From positions 79,979 through 143,978 of the forward strand of contig DASRBY010000029.1 of the NCBI GenBank assembly GCA_035653435.1: a stretch of 64,000 nucleotides of DNA. Direction: 5' to 3'. Positions 43,195-52,138 of the stretch are shown here, in pieces. How positions within the stretch are numbered: position 1 is the stretch's first letter; each line of letters begins with the position of its first letter. Source of the stretch: Gaiellaceae bacterium. GTDB taxonomy: Bacteria > Actinomycetota > Thermoleophilia > Gaiellales > Gaiellaceae. A model generated the notes under the pieces. That model worked only from the letters and a program-made list of their open reading frames with translations, was not told the origin of the DNA and did not search any database. Position numbers and translations under genes: made by a program.

Positions 43195-44256
43195 ATGGCC
43201 GATCCGCAGCCAGCAGCCGAGCCGGCGAAGCCCCGCGTCTTCTCCGGGATCCGCGCGACGGGCGACAAGACGCTCGGCAACTACTCCGGCGGCTACCGGC
43301 AATACGTGGCGACGCAGGAGCAGGGCGAAGCGTTCTTCTGCATCGTCGATCTGCACTCGATCACGACCCCGATCGAGCCGGCCGAGCTGCGCGAGTACAC
43401 GCTCGCCGGCGCGGCGATGCTCTTCGCGACCGGCCTCGACCCGGATCGCTCGACGGTCTTCGCGCAGAGCCACGTCGTCGCGCACGCCGAGGCCGCCTGG
43501 CTGCTGAGCGCGGCGACGAGCTTCGGCGAGCTCCGCCGCATGACGCAGTTCAAGGAGAAGTCCGAGGGGCAGGACTTCGTCTCGGCCGGGCTGTTCACGT
43601 ACCCGGTCCTGATGGCCGGCGACATCCTCCTCTACCAGACCGAGATCGTCCCGATCGGCGACGACCAGCGCCAGCACCTCGAGCTCACCCGAGACGTGGC
43701 CGAGCGCTTCAACCAGCGCTACGGCGAGACCTTCACGATCCCGCGCGGCGTCTATCCCGAGGAGGGCGCCCGGATCAAGAACCTCCTGGAGCCCGAGCGG
43801 CTCATGTCGACCACGCGCGGCGCGCCGCAGGGCGTCGTCCGGATGGTCGACGAGCCCGACGTGATCCGGAAGAAGTTCAAGTCGGCCGTCACGGACTCGG
43901 AGAAGGAGATCCGGCACGATCCCGAGGCGAAGGCAGGCATCTCGAACCTGCTCGAGATCATGTCCGTCGCGACGGGCGAGCCGGTCGCCGAGCTCGAGCG
44001 GCGCTTCGAGGGGAGCGGCTACGGCGAGTTCAAGGAAGCGGTGGGCGAGGCGGTCGTCACGCTCCTCGCCCCGATCCAGGAGCGCTACCGGGACTTGCGC
44101 GCAAACGAGCGGGAGCTGCAGCGCCTGCTCGCGGTCGGGGCGGAGAAGGCGCGCCGGGCGAGCGAGCCCACGCTCGAGGCGATGTACGAGCGCATGGGGT
44201 TCGTCAAGGCCGAGGCGGGCCGGTTGTTCGGAGCTGCTCGACCTCGCGGTCTGTGA
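43195..44256 (+). CDS. trpS: tryptophan--tRNA ligase (atypical KMSKS position)
   Basis: VFSGIRATGDKTLGNY is the TrpRS version of HIGH. FCIVDLHSIT and AGDILLYQTEIVPIGDDQRQHLELTRDVAERFN are also present. The KMSKS-equivalent position reads LMSTT (43801-43815). Confidence 0.9.
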   Translation: MADPQPAAEPAKPRVFSGIRATGDKTLGNYSGGYRQYVATQEQGEAFFCIVDLHSITTPIEPAELREYTLAGAAMLFATGLDPDRSTVFAQSHVVAHAEAAWLLSAATSFGELRRMTQFKEKSEGQDFVSAGLFTYPVLMAGDILLYQTEIVPIGDDQRQHLELTRDVAERFNQRYGETFTIPRGVYPEEGARIKNLLEPERLMSTTRGAPQGVVRMVDEPDVIRKKFKSAVTDSEKEIRHDPEAKAGISNLLEIMSVATGEPVAELERRFEGSGYGEFKEAVGEAVVTLLAPIQERYRDLRANERELQRLLAVGAEKARRASEPTLEAMYERMGFVKAEAGRLFGAARPRGL

Positions 44257-44902
44257 GGTCCCGCCACGCCCCGGGCTCGAGCCCTTCGAGCTCGAGATCC
44301 GCGTAGGCACTGCGGTGCAGGCCGGTCACCGGGTGGCCAACGGCAGCGAGCATCCGCTTGACCTGGTGCTTGCGTCCCTCGTGGAGGACGAGCTCGACGC
44401 GGCGTCGGCCGAGGCGCCGGGCCCGCGCCGGAGCGGTGCGGCCGTCCTCCAGCTCCACACCCTCGCGCAGCTGGTCCAGTGCGGCCTCGTCCGGGTCGCC
44501 TTCGACCTCGGCGACGTACGTCTTCTCGACGCCGTAGCGCGGATGGGCGAGCCGGTGGGCGAGCTGCCCGTCGTTCGTGAGGAGAAGCGCTCCGGTGGTG
44601 TCTGCGTCGAGTCGTCCCACCGGAACGACGCGGGGCTCGCTCGGAACGAGGCCGACGACGGTGGGGCGCCCATGCGGGTCTCGGGCAGTCGTGACGACGC
44701 CGGCGGGCTTGTGGAGCAGGACGTATCTCAGACGCTGGCGTGCGACGTCCTCCCCGTCCACCGCGACCCGGTCGTGGGCTCCGACCACCGTGTTGAGCCG
44801 GCCGGGCTCGCCGTTCACCGTGACCCGGCCGGCCTTGATCAGCTCGTCCGCGCTCCGGCGCGATGCGACTCCGGCCCGGGCGAGGAACGCGTTCAGCCGC
44901 AT
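44204..44902 (-). CDS. rluB: pseudouridine synthase, RsuA/RluB family
   Basis: It has an N-terminal S4 domain (RLNAFLARAGVASRR) and the catalytic motif VGRLDADTTGALLLTNDG. Confidence 0.88.
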   Translation of the reverse strand: MRLNAFLARAGVASRRSADELIKAGRVTVNGEPGRLNTVVGAHDRVAVDGEDVARQRLRYVLLHKPAGVVTTARDPHGRPTVVGLVPSEPRVVPVGRLDADTTGALLLTNDGQLAHRLAHPRYGVEKTYVAEVEGDPDEAALDQLREGVELEDGRTAPARARRLGRRRVELVLHEGRKHQVKRMLAAVGHPVTGLHRSAYADLELEGLEPGAWRDLTDREVEQLRTTGPPRP

Positions 44903-44919
44903 CCTGAGAAGATATTCGG

Positions 44920-45210
44920 GTGCCGCACTACATCTCGCTCATGCGGTGGACGTCGCAGGGGCGGCTGGGCCTGCCCGCGTGGCGCGACCGGATCGAGGAT
45001 GGCGAGCGCGAGATCGAGGAGGCCGGCGGAAGGCTCGTGGGCGTGTGGGTGACGCTCGGCCGCTACGACGTGGTCGAGGTGTTCGAGGCTCCGGACGACG
45101 ACACCGCGCTGGAGATCGTCACGAAGCTCAGCCACCACGGCGCCGAGCAGACGGAGACGCTGCGGGCGTTCACCCGCGACGAGGCCGAGAACATCATCAA
45201 GAAGCTGTGA
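44920..45210 (+). CDS. GYD domain-containing protein
   Basis: A 96-aa protein with the YISLMRWT...G..W.TLGRYD.V.VFEAPDD pattern characteristic of the GYD family. Confidence 0.8.
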   Translation: MPHYISLMRWTSQGRLGLPAWRDRIEDGEREIEEAGGRLVGVWVTLGRYDVVEVFEAPDDDTALEIVTKLSHHGAEQTETLRAFTRDEAENIIKKL

Positions 45211-45223
45211 CGAAGTCGCGAGG

Positions 45224-45263
45224 GTGACGACACGGTAAGCGGTACCGTCACGTCTTCGTGACG
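45224..45263. terminator. overlapping alternative hairpins (GTGACG...CGTCAC...GTGACG) between convergent genes; possible bidirectional terminator
   Basis: GTGACG at 45224-45229, CGTCAC at 45246-45251 and GTGACG at 45258-45263 can pair in two mutually exclusive ways, and an inner ACGGTA/TACCGT pairing is also possible. They lie in the 64-nt gap between the GYD gene (+) and scpB (-). No clear U-tract is present. Confidence 0.35.
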
Positions 45264-45274
45264 GCGCCCGGCGG

Positions 45275-45877
45275 TCAGGCGCTGCGCTTCTCCGCGACCG
45301 CGTGCAGGCGGTCGCGGATCTCCGCGGCGTCGGCGCCGACGTCGTCGAGGCGCGGCAGCTCGGAGAGGCTCTCGAGCCCGAACACGCGCTCGAAGAGCGG
45401 CGTCGTCCGATAGCGAACGGCTCCGCCGGGAGCGTTCTCCCGGCCGGCCTCGGCGATCAGGCCGCGCTCGAGAAGGTTCGCGACAGCCGAGTCCGCGGCA
45501 ACACCCCGGATCCTGGCGATGTCCGGCCGCGAGCAAGGGCCGAGGTAGGCCACGATCGCGAGTGTCTCGAGGGCCGCCTGGGAGAGGTTGCGCTGGGCCG
45601 GCCGCTCGAAGAGGCGCGCGCACGCAGCTGCCTCCTCGCGTGCGGCGCGGAACGCCCAGCCGCCCCCAACGTGCTCGAGGACGATCCCGCTTCGCTCCTC
45701 TGCGAACCGCTCGCCCACGAGGCGCAGCGCGTCCTCCACCCGCCCGGCGTCGTCGCCGGCTGCCGCGGCCAGCTCCTCCACCGACAGCGGCGCCGAGGCG
45801 ACCACGAGCAGTGCCTCGAGCGTCCGCGCGAGGCGGTCGAGCGGATCCGGTGGGATCAGGCGGAGCGGGCGGTCCAT
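45275..45877 (-). CDS. scpB: segregation and condensation protein B
   Basis: It has two wHTH repeats (LEALLVVASAPLSVEELA... and LSQAALETLAIVAYLGPCSRPDIARIRG) and follows scpA. Confidence 0.9.
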   Translation of the reverse strand: MDRPLRLIPPDPLDRLARTLEALLVVASAPLSVEELAAAAGDDAGRVEDALRLVGERFAEERSGIVLEHVGGGWAFRAAREEAAACARLFERPAQRNLSQAALETLAIVAYLGPCSRPDIARIRGVAADSAVANLLERGLIAEAGRENAPGGAVRYRTTPLFERVFGLESLSELPRLDDVGADAAEIRDRLHAVAEKRSA

Positions 45878-46626
45878 GCAGCGGTCCTTTCTGCTTGAAG
45901 GGCGTTCTCCTCCGAAGTTCTCTTGACCCGGATCGGGGCGAACGGAGCCGCCTGCTCGATCACGAGCTCGCCGGCCCGCCGGAGCTCGAGCAACGCGAGG
46001 AAGGCAGAGGCCTGCTCGAGCCGGGTCAGCTCTGCGACCTCCGTTTCGAAGTCGAACCTGGAGCGCCGCCCGAGCAGCGCGCGGAAGCGCTCGAGGAACT
46101 GCGAGACGGGCGGAAAGCGCAGGGCCATGTGCGAGAGGGAGACCTCGGGCGGTTCCTGCGCGAGCAGCCGCAACGCGTGCGCAAGCGTGCCCGAATCCTG
46201 CGGCGCGAGCGGCGTCTCGACCTTCGGCGCGAGGGGCGCCGGGCCGAGCCGGAAGAACCGGTCGCCCTCGGTTGCGAGCCGCTCCCGCAGCCAGGCCGCT
46301 GCCTCCTTCGCCCGCCTGTACTCCGCGAGCCGCCGCGCGAGCTCCTCGGCCGCCTCCTCCGGCTCGAGCTCCGCGAGCTCGCCGGCCTCGTCGGGGAAGA
46401 GAGCGCGCGCCTTCAGCTCGAGCAAGGCCGCGATGAGGACGAGGAACTCCCCGCAGGCCTCGAGGTCGAGCTCGTCCCGCTCCGCAAGCCGCTCGAGGAA
46501 GGCGGTGACGATGCCCGCGAGGTCGACGTCGCGCAGGTCGAGCTCCTCCTTGAGGACGAGCGCGAGGAGCAGGTCGAACGGCCCCTCGAAGGCGTCGAGG
46601 TCGAGCTCGAGCTCCCGCACGATCAC
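45856..46626 (-). CDS. scpA: segregation and condensation protein A (kleisin)
   Basis: It has LDAFEGPFDLLLALV and a C-terminal winged-helix region. The GTG start is at 46626. It overlaps the scpB start by 22 nt. Confidence 0.88.
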   Translation of the reverse strand: MIVRELELDLDAFEGPFDLLLALVLKEELDLRDVDLAGIVTAFLERLAERDELDLEACGEFLVLIAALLELKARALFPDEAGELAELEPEEAAEELARRLAEYRRAKEAAAWLRERLATEGDRFFRLGPAPLAPKVETPLAPQDSGTLAHALRLLAQEPPEVSLSHMALRFPPVSQFLERFRALLGRRSRFDFETEVAELTRLEQASAFLALLELRRAGELVIEQAAPFAPIRVKRTSEENALQAERTAAWTARSA

Positions 46627-46645
46627 CTGCGGGACCCTAGTGCCG

Positions 46646-47548
46646 TTACCGGACGCGGCTCTTGGGGACGGCCATGCGCGGGCCCGTCGGCACCGGACGG
46701 TGCTTGACGACCGGCTTCGCGGACGGCCGGCGAACGAACTGCCACCAGACGAAGAAGGCGACCGACAGCACCCAGATCCCGAGGGAGACCCAGAAGTTGA
46801 CCCGCATCCCGAGGAAGTGGTTGGACGGGTCGATTCGGAGGACTTCCTCGAAGGTACGGAAGGTCGTGTACCAGGCGACATAGAGCGCGAAGAGCGCCGG
46901 CCGCCGCAGCGTGAAGCGCCGGTCGATCCAGAGGAGGACCCCGACGCCGAGCAGGTCCCAGATGAACTCGTAGAGGAAGGTCGGCTGGTAGTAGCCGAAG
47001 TTCCCGGAGGACTGGTAGCGCGCCTGGATGCCGCTCTGGTGCGCCTTGTCGATGCGCAGCGCCCAGGGCAGGCTCGTCGGCTTGCCGTACAGCTCCTGGT
47101 TCCAGTAGTTGCCCCAGCGGCCGATGCCCTGGGCGAGGAGGAGGCCCGGCGCGACGGCGTCCATCATCAAGCGGATGCTGTTGCCCGAGCGCCGCACGAC
47201 GAGGGCGCCGACGGCCACGCCCGCCGGGATCGCCCCCCAGATCCCCAGGCCGCCGTCCCACACGGCGGCGAAGCCCCACCAGTGCTGATGAATCGCCGGA
47301 TCCTGGTTCCAGCTCGTGATGTCGTGGTAGGCGCGCGCGCCGATGACGCCGGCGATGACGCCCCAGAGCGCGACACGGAACACGAGATCCCAGTCGCCGC
47401 CCCAGCTAACCCAGCGACGGCCGGTGAGCCAGATGCAGGCTGCGATGCCGATGAGCAGCATCACGCCGTACATGTGCAGCGTCAGCGGCCCGAGGCTGAA
47501 CGTGCCGCTCGACGGAGATGGGATGGAGCCCAGGACGACGCCGGTCAC
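46646..47548 (-). CDS. lgt: prolipoprotein diacylglyceryl transferase
   Basis: It is a multi-TM protein with GGLGIWGA and GRWGNYWNQELYG and a basic C-terminal tail. Confidence 0.92.
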   Translation of the reverse strand: MTGVVLGSIPSPSSGTFSLGPLTLHMYGVMLLIGIAACIWLTGRRWVSWGGDWDLVFRVALWGVIAGVIGARAYHDITSWNQDPAIHQHWWGFAAVWDGGLGIWGAIPAGVAVGALVVRRSGNSIRLMMDAVAPGLLLAQGIGRWGNYWNQELYGKPTSLPWALRIDKAHQSGIQARYQSSGNFGYYQPTFLYEFIWDLLGVGVLLWIDRRFTLRRPALFALYVAWYTTFRTFEEVLRIDPSNHFLGMRVNFWVSLGIWVLSVAFFVWWQFVRRPSAKPVVKHRPVPTGPRMAVPKSRVR

Positions 47549-47573
47549 GGGGCCATTGTGCCCGACTGTCGCT

Positions 47574-47771
47574 TCAGCCGAGAATCCGGACCGCGAGCTC
47601 CGGCGAGCAACCGCGCTGGATCAGCTCGATCGCCTCGTGGAGGTCGACGTCCAGACGGGCGGCCAGCCTGACCGCATCGTCGCCGGGGAAGCCGACGCGC
47701 ATCAGCTCGGCAGTGCGCCAGCGCTCGACGCGCTCCAGCTCCGTCTCGACGATGTCGTGTGCCGCAGGCAT
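47574..47771 (-). CDS. small hypothetical protein (65 aa)
   Basis: It starts with ATG, has high GC3, is helical, and lies between dnaE and lgt on the same strand. I recognised no family. Confidence 0.5.
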   Translation of the reverse strand: MPAAHDIVETELERVERWRTAELMRVGFPGDDAVRLAARLDVDLHEAIELIQRGCSPELAVRILG

Positions 47772-47843
47772 TCGCAGGTTCCGCTCTCACTTTCGGGAAC
47801 TCGCGCGGATTGGATCTCCCCCTCCGGGGGGATTTCGCCTGGA

Positions 47844-50800
47844 CTACTGGATGGCCGCTGCGCCCAGCAGGTGCCTGACCGAGGCGAAGAAGTCGGGCTG
47901 CGGGTCGACGCGGTAGTCGGGGCCGAGCTCGAGCAGCCTCGAGCCGAGCGAAGTGACGAGGTCGACGTACACCGGCGCCTCGCCGGGGAAGTCGCGAACG
48001 ACGCCCGCGAGCTCGCGGATCACTCCGGCCGGCGCGCTCCGCGCGTCGACCTTCAGGCGAACCTCGCGCCGCTCCGGCGTCGCCTCGAACGCCGCCACTT
48101 CCAGCGCGATGAGCTTCGTCTCGCCTTGCTGCTTGTGGTCGACGCGGCCCTTGACGACGAGGACGGCGTCCTCGACGAGCAGCCCATGCGCGGCCGCGTA
48201 GGTCGAGTTGAAGACGACGACCTCGACGGATCCCGTCATGTCCTCGAGCTGGACGAAGGCCATCGGCTCGCCCTTCTTCGTGGTCGTCGTGCGTACGGAG
48301 GCGACGATGCCGCCGGCGACGACGGTCTCGCCTTCGCGGCGGCGCTCGAGCTCGGCGAGCGCGCAGTCGGTGCGCCTCCGCAACTGGTCGCGGATCGCGC
48401 TGAGCGGATGCTCTGAGACGTAGAGCCCGAGGCTCTCCTTCTCCATGCGGAGCAGCTCCGCCTTCTCGAACTCCTCGGTCGAGAGGGCCGGGTACTGAGC
48501 CTGCTTCGGCTCCTCGCCGAGATCGAAGATCGATCCCTGGCCGAACCGTCGTGCGTCGTGCGCGGCGTTTCCCGAGCCGAGCGCCTGCTCGAGCACCTCG
48601 AGCATCGCCTTGCGCGAGCCGGGCAGCGCGCCGGCCTTGATGAGCGACTCGAGCGCGCGCCGGTTGACGACCTGCGGGTCGACGCGCTCGGTGAAGTCCC
48701 AGACCGACGCGAACGGCCCGCCCTCCTCCCGCGCGGCGACGATCGCGCGGCACGCGTTCTCGCCGACGTTCTTCACTGCGTTGAGGCCGAACCGGATCTT
48801 CCCCTCGACCACGGCGAAGTCGACCTGCGACTCGTTCACGTCGGGAGGCAGCACCTCGATCCCGAGCTCGTCGCAGGCGTTGACGTAGAAGGGCACCTTG
48901 TCCTTCGTGTTCATCACGGAGGAGATGAGCGCGGCCATGTACTCGCGCGGATGGTTCGCGCGCAGCCAGGCGGTGCGGTACGAGATGAGCGCGTAGCAGG
49001 CGGCGTGCGACTTGTTGAAGGAGTAGTCCTGCGCCTGCTCCATGTCCTGCCACAACTGCCGCGCGACGCTCTCCGACGTCCCGCTCGCGGCGCAGCCCTC
49101 GAGGAACTTGCTCTTGAGGGAGGCCATGAGCGAGTGGATCTTCTTGCCGATCGCCTTGCGGAGGTCGTCGGCCTCTGCCGGCGCGAAGCCGGCGATCTGC
49201 TTGGCGATCTCCATGTACTGCTCCTGGTAGATGCAGATCCCGTGCGTCGAGGCGGTGATCGACTTGAGGCGCTCGTCGGGGAACGTGACCGGCTCCTGGC
49301 CGTTCTTGCGCCGTGCGTAGACGGGGATGTACTGCATCGGCCCCGGCCGGTAGAGGGCGACGAGCGCGATCAGGTCCTCGAACTCGGTCGGCTTGACCTG
49401 ACGCAGCGCGTCGCGCATCCCCGAGCCCTCGAACTGGAAGACGCCTATGGCCTCGCCGCGCGCGAGCATCTCGTAGGTCTTGCGGTCGTCGAGCGGGATC
49501 GCGGAGATGTCCAGCCCCGGGACGAGCGCCACCGCCTTGTCGATCACGTCGAGGTTGCGCAGGCCGAGGAAGTCGACTTTGAGGAGGCCGATCGACTCGA
49601 TCGTCGTGCCGTCGAACTGGGTGACGACCTCCTGGTCGGCGCCCTTCTGCTGTACCGGGACGAGCTCGGTGAGCGGCCCGGCGCCGATCACGACGGCGGC
49701 CGCATGGATCCCGTCCTGGCGGGTCAGCCCCTCGAGCGGCCGCGCCAGCTCGACGATCTCCTTCGCGGCCGGGTCGGAGTCGTATGCCTGCTTCAGCTCG
49801 CCGCCGGGCTTGAGGCAGTCCGCGAGCGTCTGGCCAGGCCCTTCCGGGATGAGCTTCGCGATGCGGTCGACGACGCCGTACGGGTGCTCGAGCACCCGGC
49901 CCGCGTCGCGGACCGCGGCGCGCGCGGCCATCGTCCCGAAGGTGATGATCTGCGCAACGCGGTCGCGGCCGTACTTCTCGCGGACGTAGTTGATGACGCG
50001 CTCGCGGCCCTCCACAGCGAAGTCGATGTCCATGTCCGGCATGGACTTGCGGCCCGGGTTGAGGAACCGCTCGAACAGGAGGTCGTAGCGGATCGGGTCG
50101 AGGTCGGTGATGTCGAGGCAGTAGGCGACGAGGCTGCCCGCCGCCGAGCCGCGGCCGGGGCCGACGCTGATGCCGTTTCGCTTCGCGAAGCCCACGAAGT
50201 CGGCGACGATCAGGAAGTAGTCGGAGAATCCCATCTCCTTGATCGTCTTCAGCTCGAACTTGAGCCGCTCGCGCAGCTCGGTGGTGACCGTGCCGTAGCG
50301 CTTCGCGGCGCCGACCTCGACGAGCTCGACGAGGTACTCGAAGGCGTCGCGGCCCTCGGGGGTGTCGAACTTCGGGAGCAGGATCCGCCCCAGCTCGATG
50401 TCCACGTGGCAGCGCTCGGCGACCTCGAGCGTCCTCCGCAGGGCATCGTCGCGGCCGGGGAAGTCGGCGGCCATCTCCTCGGGCGTCTTGAAGTAGAAGT
50501 GGTCGGTCTCGAAGCGCCAGCGGTTCGGGTTCTTCAGCGAGTCGCCGGACTGGATGCACAGCAGGGCCTCGTGCGCGCGCGCGTCCTCGTGGCGGAGGTA
50601 GTGGACGTCGCCGGTCGCGACCGTCGGCAGGCCGCGCTGCTCGGCGAGCGCGAGGAGCTGCGGGTTGATCCGCTGCTGCACCTCGAGGTGCGCGTTCTGG
50701 AGTTCCACGTAGACGTTGTCGCGCCCGAAGATCTGCTCCAGCCGGTCGAGCTCCGCCTCGGCGTCGGTTGCGCGGTTCTCCTCGAGCGCCTTGCAGACGC

Positions 50801-51215
50801 GGCCCGAGAGGCAGCCAGACAGCGCGATCAAGCCCGCGCGGTGGGTCTCGAGCAGCTCCCAGTCGACGCGCGGCTTGTAGTAGTAGCCCTCGAGGTAGCC
50901 GAGCGAGGAGAGCTTGATCAGGTTGCCGTAACCCTCGTTCGTCTCGGCGAGCAGCGTGAGGTGCGCGTATCCCTTCTGCTGGGCGCGCCGGTCGTCGGCG
51001 ACATAGACCTCGCACCCGACCACCGGCTTGACGCCTTCCTTCTGCGCCGCCTTGTAGAGGTCGATCGCGCCGGCGAGCGAGCCGTGGTCGGTGAGCGCGA
51101 CCGCCGGCATCTCGAGCTCGGCGGCCCGCTTCGCGAGGTCCGGGATCCGGCACGCGCCGTCGAGGATCGAGTACTCGGAGTGGACGTGGAGGTGGACGAA
51201 GGGCGCTTCGGGCAC
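47844..51215 (-). CDS. dnaE: DNA polymerase III subunit alpha
   Basis: It has a PHP domain (FVHLHVHSEYSILDG), a polymerase core (GFSDYFLIVADF, PDMDIDF), an HhH region and an OB fold, for 1123 aa. Confidence 0.95.
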   Translation of the reverse strand: MPEAPFVHLHVHSEYSILDGACRIPDLAKRAAELEMPAVALTDHGSLAGAIDLYKAAQKEGVKPVVGCEVYVADDRRAQQKGYAHLTLLAETNEGYGNLIKLSSLGYLEGYYYKPRVDWELLETHRAGLIALSGCLSGRVCKALEENRATDAEAELDRLEQIFGRDNVYVELQNAHLEVQQRINPQLLALAEQRGLPTVATGDVHYLRHEDARAHEALLCIQSGDSLKNPNRWRFETDHFYFKTPEEMAADFPGRDDALRRTLEVAERCHVDIELGRILLPKFDTPEGRDAFEYLVELVEVGAAKRYGTVTTELRERLKFELKTIKEMGFSDYFLIVADFVGFAKRNGISVGPGRGSAAGSLVAYCLDITDLDPIRYDLLFERFLNPGRKSMPDMDIDFAVEGRERVINYVREKYGRDRVAQIITFGTMAARAAVRDAGRVLEHPYGVVDRIAKLIPEGPGQTLADCLKPGGELKQAYDSDPAAKEIVELARPLEGLTRQDGIHAAAVVIGAGPLTELVPVQQKGADQEVVTQFDGTTIESIGLLKVDFLGLRNLDVIDKAVALVPGLDISAIPLDDRKTYEMLARGEAIGVFQFEGSGMRDALRQVKPTEFEDLIALVALYRPGPMQYIPVYARRKNGQEPVTFPDERLKSITASTHGICIYQEQYMEIAKQIAGFAPAEADDLRKAIGKKIHSLMASLKSKFLEGCAASGTSESVARQLWQDMEQAQDYSFNKSHAACYALISYRTAWLRANHPREYMAALISSVMNTKDKVPFYVNACDELGIEVLPPDVNESQVDFAVVEGKIRFGLNAVKNVGENACRAIVAAREEGGPFASVWDFTERVDPQVVNRRALESLIKAGALPGSRKAMLEVLEQALGSGNAAHDARRFGQGSIFDLGEEPKQAQYPALSTEEFEKAELLRMEKESLGLYVSEHPLSAIRDQLRRRTDCALAELERRREGETVVAGGIVASVRTTTTKKGEPMAFVQLEDMTGSVEVVVFNSTYAAAHGLLVEDAVLVVKGRVDHKQQGETKLIALEVAAFEATPERREVRLKVDARSAPAGVIRELAGVVRDFPGEAPVYVDLVTSLGSRLLELGPDYRVDPQPDFFASVRHLLGAAAIQ

Positions 51216-51235
51216 GGGAAGTCGAGGATAACGCC

Positions 51236-52138
51236 GTGCCCGGAAGGCGCCGACCTCGCCGCGGCTGCGAAACTCGATGCGTGCTCGGGCGCCGCGCCAT
51301 CCCCCTCGCTCTCGCCGTCACGGCCCTCCTTGCCGTGGTCGCGCTCGCGGCGCACGGACGTCCGCTCGGCGCCCGCGCAGCCCACGGGAACGGACTGCCC
51401 CTCTCGTTCTGGGACTACGTCTACACGAGCCTCGTCATCCTCGCCGTCCCCCTCCTGGTCGGCGTGCTGGCGGCCGTGTTGCTCCTCCGTGGGAAAGGCG
51501 GAAAGCGGCCGACCTTCGGCAAGAGGCTCATCACCATGGTCGCCCTGTATGCGCTCCTCCTCGTCCTAGTGTTCGCCCTGCGCCACGCGCACCCCCATCT
51601 GCACCGGCAGACGCAACCGCCTGCCACCGTGGGCCGAGTGAAGACGCCCCAGAACGGACGGCCCTCGCCCGGCTCGCACACTCTCCGGTTCCAGTGGGAC
51701 GAGCTCGCGATCGTGCTCGGCGTGCTGCTCGTGCTGGCGACGGGCGCCGTCGTGGTGGCGAGGCGATCTCGGCGGGATCCGGCCACGCCGCTCGAGCTCG
51801 CTCCCGAGGCGCTCGCCGCCGCGCTCGACGAGTCGCTCGACGACCTGCGCGCCGATCCCGACCTGCGCCGGGCGATCGTCGCCGCCTACGCCCGGATGGA
51901 GACCGCCCTCGCCGCGGCCGGGCTGCCACGACGACCGGCCGAGGCCCCGCTCGAGTATCTCGAGCGCGCCCTCCTCGCTCTCGACACGAGCGCCGGGGCG
52001 GTGCGGAGGCTCACCGATCTCTTCGAATGGGCTAGGTTCAGCCAGCATGAGCCGGAGCCGTCGATGAGGGACGAGGCGGTGGAGGCGCTCGTCGCGGTGC
52101 GGGACGAGCTCCGCGCCACGGAGCTGACCCAGGCGTGA
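51236..52138 (+). CDS. DUF4129-like membrane protein
   Basis: It has N-terminal TM helices and a C-terminal segment ...AIVAAYARMETALAAAGLPRRPAEAPLEYL...LTDLFEWARFS typical of DUF4129. The start is uncertain (GTG at 51236, alternative GTG at 51281). Confidence 0.65.
   Translation: MPGRRRPRRGCETRCVLGRRAIPLALAVTALLAVVALAAHGRPLGARAAHGNGLPLSFWDYVYTSLVILAVPLLVGVLAAVLLLRGKGGKRPTFGKRLITMVALYALLLVLVFALRHAHPHLHRQTQPPATVGRVKTPQNGRPSPGSHTLRFQWDELAIVLGVLLVLATGAVVVARRSRRDPATPLELAPEALAAALDESLDDLRADPDLRRAIVAAYARMETALAAAGLPRRPAEAPLEYLERALLALDTSAGAVRRLTDLFEWARFSQHEPEPSMRDEAVEALVAVRDELRATELTQA

Noticed and set aside
47818-47831. C5-TCC-G6 hairpin between dnaE and the 65-aa ORF
   Set aside because: It is a short G/C homopolymer stem with a 3-nt loop and no U-tract. 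Such stems arise easily in GC-rich DNA, and I know of no conserved motif here.
47545-51569. 1258-aa minus-strand ORF (47545..51321) and 1003-aa plus-strand ORF (48558..51569) across the dnaE locus
   Set aside because: Both are alternative-frame or antisense shadows of dnaE (47844..51215), which carries clear PHP and polymerase motifs. The shadow products are Arg/Pro/Gly-rich and have no motifs.
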